Source: Tubulanus polymorphus
Taxonomy: Eukaryota; Animalia; Nemertea
NCBI RefSeq assembly: GCF_964204645.1
Contig: NC_134030.1
Coordinates: 3,328,778 to 3,392,777 of the forward strand
DNA length: 64,000 nt
Direction: 5' to 3'
Made by a program: the position numbers and the translations under genes. Shown here one piece after another: positions 11,501 through 22,868 of this stretch (within the stretch, counting starts at the first letter, position 1; the number at the start of each line of letters is the position of its first letter). Below the pieces are notes generated by a model. It made no database searches, had not been told where the DNA came from, and saw nothing but the letters and a program-made list of their open reading frames with translations.

Positions 11501-14500
11501 AGACAAAATAGTAAAATCTGGAATGCCGGTAACAAGAACTGGAACAATAGAAATCTGAAATATACGATGGAAAACGTGAGGAACATAGTTCACTGAATCT
11601 GGATAAGATTCGACGATCATGCTTTATTCGATTACTCGGAGTACGGAAAATAAATTGAAAGGTGATGGGAAAAATGAGAAAATAATTTTCTATAACAGGC
11701 GTCTTGAAATCGTAGGGACCAGGGAAAAAATGAAAATAATATCATTTTTTGTTGTTCCATGTATTTTCCGCTCAAAGTCTTGTGGAGTTGAATTCAAATG
11801 AAGAAAACTATTTTTTGCAAAACGAAATTAGATCGAAAATTGGCGGAAATATCAAGAAAAACGTCTTTTTAGATAATTATGATGAAAACACGGCGGCGGA
11901 CTAAAAAATAAGTTATTTTTCTAACATGATGTTTCGGTGGAATTGCTGGTGGCGGATCCGCGCTCTGATCTATACCTACCCGATATTACGTCTAAGCATA
12001 ATGAGGCTTTTTATCACGATCGCCAGGATGTTTCGCGGTTTCGGCGGGGAACAAAATTTCGATGCTTTTTCACGGATACTTTCTACTACTGAAATAAAAA
12101 ACAAAGTGATTAGAGAAGCCACTTCGCCCCATTTACAAATTCCCGGAGTTTACCAAGTTTGTTTGCAAATACATGTATGTCAAATCCCTTGAGTTTTCCC
12201 CGATTCTTTCTAGAATTTTCCGATTGCATTTTTTCTGGTCAGATTATACGTTTACTCGCGGGATTAAGATTAACAAGAATACAAAACAATCGACTGAAGA
12301 TAGATAGGGGATTATACACCTTACCTTCATATGGCCAGTTAGTTAATCTATAGGCCTATCGTTTATTTTCTTAAATCTTACTGTTCATAAACTTTCGTTT
12401 AGATTGATTCGATTAATGATTTCGCTTTAAGAATTACGGTATTTTCTTTTTTACCAGATTGTGTAAATCGAGTAGATGTTGCTGGTGTAAGTAAAAGTTC
12501 TTGTTCTTCTGTTGTTCCTTCACTTCTACGAACACTATCAACCTGTATACAAAACATTTCCACGCGTTCAAACTGCTTCTATCTATTTTCAAAGATTGCA
12601 ATATTAGATGCTAATTACCTTGCTCTTACCGACTGTCAACCCTTCTTCATCTTCGATATCATTATTCGCTTGATCGTATTGGCACAAATAGAGGAAACAG
12701 TCTTCTAAAGTCTAAAAATAAAATCTTCGGAAAATATAGCCCTCTCAGAATGCTTTATCGTGTCAACTTATTACTCGTCATTTGAAAACTACCGAATTTT
12801 CTGTTTCATGTTATGAACTTGCCAGCGATAAATGATAATATATCTGGTGAAACAATATATAAATGTAGAATGCAACGATGTGATGAAAAATTAAAACTTC
12901 ATTAGAATATTAGAAATATTTCGTTCGAGTGGTTCCTTCATTGTAGACTGTAGAAAGGTGGTATAGGAACAACCCGAAATAAATATCCTAAATCTTTTCT
13001 GTTTTTCATCAGTTGTAAGATTTCACATTAATATTGTAAATACCTCCATATCGTAAAGCCTAATCAGCTCATCGGGTGATGATTCAGCCAATAGGCGACC
13101 GTTTCTCATCAAGCCGACTTTATTCGCCTGTCGGGCTTCCTCGATATAGTGAGTAGTTATAACTATAGTCGTGCGACTCGTCTGCGATATCTCTAATAAA
13201 TGATCCCATATCCTTTAGAATAAAGTGGAGGTACGCAAATGGAAACGAAGTAAAAACTATTCAAGAATGATCGATAATTTTTTTCAATCGAAGAAAGAAT
13301 GTTTGAAAATTACTATCTATGTAATTATCGTTCGTTTGATCGTGACGTAACAACAAAGTATTGATACGGTAGACCTGATTTAGAATCTACGCCGGGGTCT
13401 GTCATGTAAATCACGTGTTAGGCCATGGACTCTAAAACGAAATGAGAGTCCATAGTTCAACTACCGATATGGTGTCGTCAATGTTTGTATTTGTATTTTT
13501 GTTAAGTGTTTAATTCTTTTCTTCTCGATCCTTTGTTTGTTTTTTCCTAAGGGTACGCGCGTTACGCAGACTTCGAGATTTGTGCGGTTTGCTGGGCTTG
13601 CATATAACATTAGATGCAGATATGTTAGTAAAATCCGATGCGAAAATATAGTCTAGACTATTGTCGTGTGATAAAAAAAACAAGTGGCTTTATATACACG
13701 TTTGCCCAGCGATTTTATTAAGTACCTTTGTCTTAGAAGAGGGTCAACTCCGACTGTTGGTTCATCCAGTATTACTAACGGCGGTTCTTGTAGTAACGCA
13801 ATAGCAAATGATACCCGTCTTTTCTGACCACCACTATATATACCAAAAATATCAATTTAACTGCTTAAATGATATATCAAAAGGATCAAACCGACTATCG
13901 ATGCATTAAATGCAATGGGTAGGCATCGTTGAATACTAGATCGATTACTTCGTGATATTTATGTTTTTTTGCGAAACCCTCAATTCGTGCCAGGACGTGT
14001 TGCACAGCGCCGGTGTCCAGGGATGATTCTAATAAGAATTTTCTGAATACGATCCAACATCTTGTAACCAATATTCATACATTCGATATTCTTTGACGAA
14101 AATGAATAAGTTTCGCAATAGAATTTCATAAGAAAAAGTGAAAAATGAAAGCAAAACATTTTGGTTGTTGAGTATCAGTCCACCTGAGTCGAAACGCCGT
14201 GGTCTCATTTTAATAGATTTTATCGTATGAAATTCTATTGCGAGAATTATTCATATATCTACACAATTTACACGGATTCGACGTATTGCTATTTGATATT
14301 TTTACCTGAGGTTTTCGATCACTCTAGTTTCCTCTGGTAGTTTTAGAAAACAAATCAAGAACGCGATACGTTGATTCATAGTTGTCTTGGACATTCCGTG
14401 AAGTCTCCCGAAATATTTCAATGTTTCTTCTATCGATAATTTCTCATATAGCGCCAATTCCTATAAAAATTCAGAAAAACAACGATTAAAGGCGCGCGTA

Positions 14501-15630
14501 AATCGACTTACTACGTGATATTTAAAAATACAAATCGAATCAGTTCCGTAAAAACAAGGGTTATCGATCTGATTAGATCAAATTAGAAAACACGTCTTCA
14601 AGGAATCACCGAATATAATCGAATTCTATCATTATTAACGCACTTCAGCCTGGACTTTAAAAGTCTGTTTTAGAGTCCATTTGTTAAGCGGGTCAAGTGC
14701 TTTAACGAAGTATTTTATAGAGGCCATATGGTTTTAGGTAATTCACTACTTCGGTCTCAAGGGAGGCAGAAAAACCATAGCTTTTTGTTCAACTTGAAGG
14801 CAATGTTTTTATTAAATCTGAATACTAAACATGAGAATACTAAATATGAATAAATTAGGCCTACAGTCATTCTACGCCTTTATTTCTCTACCTGTGGCAT
14901 ATATCCGACAAGTGGACCGGGAATACCGTGATTTATGGCGCCGGGGATTTTGCCCAAAACCGTCAACGATCCCGAATCTGCCTTTAACCTGCCTACGACA
15001 CATCTGAGGAATGAAGTTTTTCCGCAACCGCTCGGGCCCAACAGACCATATCTATCGTAGAAAACATTGGCAATAAATAAAACTGTGATTTTCAGGTATA
15101 ATTTTTTAGATTCAGTTCGATTGACGGAAATTATGTTTTAACGCGGTTCTGTAAAATGTTTGCCTAGTTGGTTTTTGGCTCCAATGTAAGAAACACGATA
15201 AAACAATGTCAATCCAGCGGGAAATGATTACCGGATATTGTATAAACATTCCTCGAATGTTAACTATTTATTAGTGTTTCATTAAAAAGGAATACAAATA
15301 ATGATGAATTATTGGATGAATGCAGACGGTCTCAGATCCGCTGCCGCTGCTGCTACTACACAGTCAGCGGTACTGCAATATTATCGATTTACGCGTTACT
15401 CATTTCAGAACACTAACACATCAGCACACAGACTCTCCACTCTCCTCAACAAACGTCAATTTTATCTATTATACATAAACCTAGGACTATCATCACTCTC
15501 ATACTCACACTCCTCCTTTCGGTACATTTACATTAAGCTCGTCTAAAGCAATCTGTTTCGTTTGCGAACTGTGATAGGATTTACTCAGATTGTTAGCCAC
15601 GATTGCCATACCACCGAACGCGTCCATCAT
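8596..15630 (-). CDS. ABCH / ABCG23-like half ABC transporter (NBD-TMD), about 18 coding exons (first 15509-15630, last 8596-8705)
   Basis: [19 protein letters not shown]...[10 protein letters not shown]|[12 protein letters not shown] (Walker A), [45 protein letters not shown] begins [19 protein letters not shown] and ends [13 protein letters not shown]. Probable 5'UTR exon donors near 16038 and 16484. Confidence 0.92.
14101..14253 (+). mobile_element. Inverted-repeat element with a degenerate hammerhead motif (Penelope-like remnant)
   Basis: atgaataagtttcgcaatagaatttcata ... tatgaaattctattgcgagaattattcat arms flank TTGTTGA-gta-TCAG-tccac-CTGA-gtc-GAAACGCC. Confidence 0.5.
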
Positions 15631-16137
15631 CTGGATCAACAAGGTGTGGGCTCCTGGCTGCAAATGAGCTCAAAACGGGGCCTCACGAATATTTCCAATT
15701 ATTATCCTAGTGTCACTGATACAAGTCTCGTGTCTGTTATGACAGTTCTATGTGCTTGTACACTGTGTGTGGGTGACAAACTGTGCCAGTTCAATATAAT
15801 ACGAGTACTACAGTACTGCGAGTCAAATAGTTCTTAGATAAACCGCTTGGTGGTGAGTGTAACGACGTTTTGTCCAGGAATGTGTGAAATTTTTGCTTTC
15901 GATATAATAAACTTAATGGTCTGAGAAATAACTTCACAATAACAAAACACCATTAAAATATCACTTTAAAACTGTACGTACTTTATTGCTGGTTTTTAAT
16001 TTGTTTTGCAATAAATGTAGATTTCATTAAATATTTACGAACTTGGATCAAACACTTTCTCCATATTCAAACGTAGCTGACTCAAGTACATGAAATGTGA
16101 TTTCAACAATTGTGAATTGTTGATGTTTAATCCACAG

Positions 16138-16267
16138 GGGCTCATTCGTCAATTGAACTTCACGATCCCCAATAACTTGATATAACGAGTTTTTTTTAAT
16201 TCGGCTCATTCGTCAATTGAACTTCACGATCCCCAATAACTTGATATGACGAGTTTTCTTTTAATTC
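16138..16267. repeat. About 64-bp direct tandem duplication
   Basis: ggctcattcgtcaattgaacttcacgatccccaataacttgata occurs twice. Confidence 0.9.
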
Positions 16268-16743
16268 TTTTTCTCAAATGATCAGTAGCTTAGATCTTGA
16301 TAGGATATAGCGGAGTTTATACGCGCACTTTTCAACGCGTCGTGTACCTGCCTGCGATCCGCTTGTAAATATTGTGACTGAGGTTGATTGAAATTAGTCT
16401 CTCGTTAACAGCAAAGTCAATACTCGGCTAAACTAAACTCACACAGGGCCGTATCGAACTGATGGATTGAAGTGTAGGGCCTACCTGTTCATCGTCAACG
16501 AGAAAAAAGTCTCTGCTCGAATTTCCATGAACCGGTAATTATTTCTTGGTGAACGTGTACATAACGGTTTTCTGTCATTCAAACTGGCGCCTGCTGCGCA
16601 CACTGCCGCGTGATGCTGTTTGCGTGATTGATTATGTTTAACATGACCTAAGATATTGAAGAACTGAAATGACAAGTCGAATTTTCTCATGCTGTCCGAA
16701 CTATACTTTCTCTAAATGGACAGGCGATTGATAAGCCATCAAG

Positions 16744-18510
16744 ATGACCGGATGTCACGTGATAGCGGCTATTTTCGTCGCCTGTCATTCTTTCTTCACT
16801 GTGACCGGAAGTGCTACCAATTTTCGGCGGGTTTTTGTAGATACATCAGTTTCCGGATCAGACTATAAACTGATCGAATATGAAAACGTGAACAGACTGA
16901 AATGTGCGGCAGATTGTGTTTCAAATTCCGAATGTAAAGGATTTAATTACGGGAGAAATATAGTGAATTCGTCAACTGGGTCACAAGATGGTGGTGAGAT
17001 TTTATCTTTGAAATTTTGTCGCTTGTTGAAGTCATTAAAACAACCTCATGTATCGCAACAAGGGATGCATTTATACGTAAAAGGTAAAGAACATTGTTAA
17101 TTATTAATATGCAGGTAATTTAATCAACTGCCTGGCCTTACCAATTTCAGACTGGTGCCCGCATATACGATGAATTTTGAAATCTCTAAAAAGTCAAAAC
17201 ATTCTCCAAATGACACGTTTATCAGTTCTTTGATATTTGATCTTAATCGCCACATCTTGAATATCAATGGCTTTTAAGAGATCGCTTAGAGGTTTTCATC
17301 ACAACTCTTTGTTCGAAATAGACGTATATACCATCAGTACCGTTACATTTTGCCTACGGTCTTTTTAAGAGCTGGGCCGTATATGCCACCGACGTCATTT
17401 TCTTTCGATTTCTATTTTAGAAGCACACGATATTCCAAATAATTACGGCTACAAGGAACTTTCTGACTATAAAGGAATATGTTACTATTTCGAATGGAAA
17501 ACATTGACGAATTGGACGACTGCGAAACAGCGTTGTTTCGATTTGGATGGTCGTCTGGCAGAACCGAGGAATATTCAACAAACTGAAGCCGTACGAAGTT
17601 ACATTGTGACTAACTACATGGCTGGTAGGTTTTCAGGGCTTATCTCACAATACATGCCAACGGCCGTGACACTGAAGGCACTCTAAAAATCCGAAATGCC
17701 GTTTTTGAATAATAGTAGGAAAAAGCCAAAACTGCCTTGAAAATTTTTGCCAATGTTTTATGAGGCAAAATAGTAAATTTCCAATTCTTAGGTCCATTAC
17801 ACTCTCAAAGATTTCTTGGGCGGACTTGCCACTCAGCGGTCACCAGTCTATGTATGAAGCCAACCAGATGGGTTGTTTTTTTACGGAAAAGGTTTTTCGT
17901 AGTTTTTCACCAGCAGGTTCGCTCTATCAATACCATGCATTTGATGGCGGCGAGTATATGAGCTTCGGCGGGAGACAATCAAACCTTGGCATGCGAGGAT
18001 GATCGACTGGCGACTGTTTGTGACGCGATGAATTGCCTTTCTTGAAGAAAGGTTGAAAAAATTCAAAAAGTCGTTTTGAAAATTTTTGAAATGTTTTATG
18101 AGACAAAAATCCGACGAGTTTTTGTGTGTGGTTGGTGAGGGCGTGCCTACAAAATTAAATAGGCATTAAAATATAGTGCCGTTACATTTAGGACTTAAAA
18201 TACAGTGTCCATTGCATCTCTGATATTTGATATCATTAAATACAATTTATTCTTTATTTACATAGCGAAATTCTGGATTGGTCTTCACGCTAACAACGTT
18301 ATTATGAACGATTGGCGATGGATTTCGGACGATACAACATGGATGACGTTCGGTGGCTTTTCCAATCAGATCTGGTGTTGGGATTATCCGACACAGAACG
18401 CCGCTGCACGTTGCGTGACGATACTCTGTTCAAATTTCTTGCTACGAAACGTATTGTCCAACGTGCCGTGCGACGAAAGTCGCGGATACTTATGCGAAAA
18501 GGTGTGTTAG
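16744..18510 (+). CDS. Secreted PAN/apple-domain + C-type lectin-domain protein; exons 16744-17083, 17421-17624, 18266-18510
   Basis: Signal peptide, then a PAN motif (LKCAADCVSNSECKGFNY...CRL), then CTL motifs (CYYF..WTTAKQRCFDLDGRLAEP, FWIGL, WRWISD, PCDESRGYLCEK). Confidence 0.9.
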
Positions 18511-18864
18511 ACGAAAAAGAAAAAAAAACGACTTCTTCGATTAGAATCTAATTGTATTTTAAACGCAAAACGTCTTTGCTGATGGCTTTACACATTTTCT
18601 TCGTGATCGCATAGTTTTAAATACGGAGTTCTATTCGAAAATAAATATCAGGCTTGGAGTTAGTCTCAACCGTAGAATCAGGCGCCAGTTGCACAGTCAC
18701 GTTGGAACAAATGATTTTGAGATTGTTTTTTTTTGTGGGCTGGGAATCTACGAACGTAGCATATAAAACTGGTCATACGGTGTTAGGCTTTCTTAGACTG
18801 CGCGTATTAACAACTGCACCGCCTTGGCCCTTGAGAATCGTTTGAGAAATATAGTGACTCGTAT

Positions 18865-21800
18865 CTAATTGGAAGCGATAGTCTGTCGAATCCATTCGAT
18901 ATAGCTGGATACTCGAGTAAAAACTCCCGGATGTTTACCGGGGGTTTTACTAGTAAATGAGGCTATACCCACTTGAATCCATTTATCGGTGACGGTGCCG
19001 TGTTGTGTCGAGTTTTTGCAAACCAATGACCCTCCGCTGTCACCCTGCAAATTGGACATACGTATTTGAATGTTACATCACAGCGTGAAGAGAACGATTA
19101 CGGTTAGCATTGAGTAGTATTCAGTAAATTGATTCAATGCAATTAACAGCGACAGAAATAAGCGCGAATAGAGGCCGCAGCTACGTACACGCATATCAAG
19201 TGTTACATTATAAACTTGCTTATTGGTCGGAAATCATTTCGAGCACCATTTTTGCTTTTTTTAGTGAATAGCAAACTAAACAATACGAATATTATACAAC
19301 TCCTACATCTATGGTGGTTATGGCATTGTAAAAGAATATGGAATATCCGAGGATATATGGAGGATCCGTAGGAGGATGTTGTCTAGATGGCTATACGCGC
19401 CAAATATTGGTATATTAACTGAAACACGATCGCAAAAACCTTGAAATTTGTTTTCAAACAGTCAGCCGAAGCTTGAACGGAAAACAGAACTTTGAATTTT
19501 GCTTTAATTGCGTTAATACATTTTCTAACGTACTTGACAGATTCCTTTATCAGCGTTGAAATAGCCGGCACACAGACGATTCGTGACGTCAACGCCGTAC
19601 GTGAATTTACATTTCAAATCTGGTATTTTTGGCAGGCGAATTTCCATCGCGTAGTCGGACACTGATTCACCTAACAGAAGGAAAAACAAGAAAATTGTCA
19701 AATTCATAGTTTTCATTTGATTGTTCGAACTGTTCGGATTAGAGGATTCAATTCTTTAAAAAAGTTGTCGAACAGAACATCACAGGACGTGCATAACACA
19801 TCACTCCTTTTCAGGAATGAGAACCACCGTGATTTTGTGTATTAGAATTTGATTCGAATTTGATTCGGTTAAACGTTCAATGCAAAGGTTAATCTTTGGG
19901 AACTAAGATCCGAACGACGTAAAGCAAAAACAAACAAACTCTGAGATCAATTCTAACCAACTGCTTTGGGAATGACCCTTGGAGGTTGTTGGCAATCCAA
20001 AACCAAAGATATAGCTCTATAAGATCAAGAAGCAATATCGAGGAGATGAAATTACTTTAAGCCTAAAATTGTTGGTCTAAAATGTTCATTATTTTTACCT
20101 TTATGCTGGCATCCCCAGCCAGTCATCACACATATTTGGTTGTCAGTAGGGAAACTGGAATCCCCGGCTGCGGGTAGGTCTATTTGTTCAGCTGTATGTA
20201 AATTCTGCAGTGGAATGTCTTTAACTAATTTCACCAATGCTATATCATTCAACCATCGTTCTGAAAAAAGGAATATTTTTCCCAATTGAAACGTTTTTGT
20301 TTTCATGAAACCATAACTAAGAAAGCCTCTCCATTTCCTGTGAACTTATTCTGTGGTTTTTGAGACAATATTTCTTCAACGATTCAGTGTCTGAACAATG
20401 TAAGTTCCTTGTATAGCAAAATTTAAGAATAAACCAGTTTTTGCCTCAGATGACATAATCTTACTGATGTATGAATCGTGGTACTGAGGATGTAGAATAA
20501 TTTTCGATGCTTTCATGTTCCACTGCTGCCAACTTTCCAGTTTTACAGCTTTACCGACTAAATGTTTCATCCAATCCTTAAAACTCGGCTGAAAATTTAG
20601 AACAAGAAGATCAGGGCGTACGATCAGGGAGATGAGAACTCCCGGCACGAGTGACTTAAAGACTGCAGGGGAACTGAAAGTCTACAAACGACTAGTAGAA
20701 TAGATAAGACCTGACTATTTGGATAATGGTCGAAACGTTGAATAGAAAATCAGTTCAAGAAAACCTTTCGGACCAGGTTTTTCTTTTATATTCTAAGACT
20801 TCATCTTCATATTCTCGTTACAAGATGGACAGGGGTTTTCACCACGGTTTTAAGTATGTGTAGCAATGTATTCATATCCTACCTCGAGTTTGACTGCATT
20901 AAGTCTAGCTTTCCAATATTGCGGGTTCATTCCTTTCTTACTGAAAATGTTGTGAGATAATAGAACTACTTAAACAACATGGGCCTTGTTTTATACACTA
21001 GTGTTATCTATAACCTGGAGGCTAACTCGATTGAAAATGTATTAAGTTAGTCCCCGGGTTAACGTTAATACCAGTCTATAAAACCGGGCCCTGGGATTCT
21101 GAATAATAACGTGTTTGGTGATCGCGGCGGACATGGAAACTTACTTGGCAGTAAAGCAATGAGCAGCGGTAAGAATCCATCTTCTATTTATCACAGATCC
21201 ACCGCAATATAATAGAGTTTTAGTTAATGCAAATCCGAATATTTGAAGTTTAGGAATTTCTGCCTGTAAACTGACCATCCACGGCCACTTACTGCTGTCT
21301 ACAATCCGTTCACCTCCGATTATTCTCTTCATCACTGTTTCATCATTCTTTTTATCTTCATCCGCTGTTTCGCGAACAGATTCTTAACATGTAAGGACAT
21401 TATTTTTAGAAATCGTTAATTAAATACGAAAGACTCACCCGTTTCTGAACGACACAAATATGATGCAATACGTGGTACATTCATAAGGACATAGTAACAT
21501 TTCATGATACATGCGGACATAATGTACATAACGTAACTTGAACATAATGTCTTCATTGGATATCTGTCTTCGAATCTGTCCCAGGTTATTATTGCGATGA
21601 TGCTAAGAAATCCTTCATTGCGCCTGTTCTTTGAACTAGAGAATTATCTACACATTGAAAGATCTATATTTGATTTAAAAAAAGCTACGACGAGAAATCC
21701 TGCATCCTTCAGCATTTCATTCTTCAGTCAAAGTACGTAGCCAATGGCAAACATGACGTTATACATGGTTTATTCACTGAATATGAGTTAGATTGAGAAA

Positions 21801-21977
21801 ATGTATTCAAAGATGTCGGCGTTAAGCGAGCAGTGGCATTAAAATGATGGCATTAAAACAAACCTTGACTGTATACTTATCAAGTAACTTACCCGCGTTC
21901 ACGGATAATAAGAGAACAGAAACACTGTAGAAAATCAGTAAAGCAAATCTCAAACACTCTGCAGCTGAAGCCATCAT
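18865..21977 (-). CDS. Secreted S1A serine protease, chymotrypsin-like pocket; exons 21893-21977, 21145-21382, 20883-20940, 20465-20588, 20099-20260, 19534-19670, 18865-19044
   Basis: Signal peptide, KR|IIGG activation site, [27 protein letters not shown]; junctions in phase. Confidence 0.93.
20981..21092. mobile_element. Palindromic MITE (GGGCCC-type TIR)
   Basis: gggccttgttttatacact ... agtctataaaaccgggccc. Confidence 0.65.
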
Positions 21978-22868
21978 TTTCTCTCTCTTTATAGTATATA
22001 TACATACACTATAGTAATTAATGCTTCGAAATCACCAGTGCCGCCTGTCCTGATGAGTGCTAATTAACAGCCTCATTATACCGAGGCTAATTAAGTAGTG
22101 TAGTAGATCCAACTCAATGGCGTTTCACTACTTACCATTAAATGTTCTTCTTTCGCCTCTCATCGGGTCATCATACATATATATTTTCATTCTGCGTTAT
22201 AAATTAGTTATTTTTTGTATCGTAATGTACTGAAAGCTCGAATCATTAACCTTGAATTTACCGGTGAAATTATAAAGTTGAATACAGTTTACGTGGTATC
22301 GTGTATATAGGGATTTATAAGTTTCACACGTTGGCGACTGGCAGTAGTTTTAGACGCGCTCAGGTCGCCGCAACTGGCAAAAAACCAGTCGATGACGTTC
22401 GCTGCCAGTTGCTCGAATCAGTCGCTTCTATAGTTGCAGTCGCAGTTGTAAGGGCGACCTGAGTGCTCCTTCGACATACCACTCCAATCGTCTCCAAAAT
22501 AAAGATACAGAAGTATTCTGCCCGATACATTCAAAATAACGAACTCGCTCTGCTCATGATTGCGGGTTTTCAGTTCAGGGGACTCGACGAATTGTGTAAA
22601 AACTACAATATGGAAATAAACGAACGATATTCTTAATTTTGTCGTTGAATGTCGTCCTTGTTTAAACGAAACAAACTAATAAATTTTGTTTGATTATTAC
22701 ATTAATATTACATCATAGTGATTAGATGATATATATAATGATATATATAATTTCCTTGTTCGTACGCTGAATTCTACAGAGGAGTGGTCATCTAATCGTT
22801 CGACGTTTCTCGATCCAACATTTCAAAGAAGCGCGTAATCTTGAAGGGTTCCTGATAAAGAATAAACG

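Noticed and set aside
15052-16690. Apparent loss of the ABC transporter N-terminal strands, or ORF 16481-16690 as first coding exon
   Set aside because: The expected exon (SKSY...LNVNVPKG) is present at 15509-15630.
21440-21556. Possible alternative first exon of the protease (MKTLCSS...SET, gtgagt donor)
   Set aside because: The phase is compatible, but it lacks a convincing signal peptide or acceptor; unsupported without RNA data.
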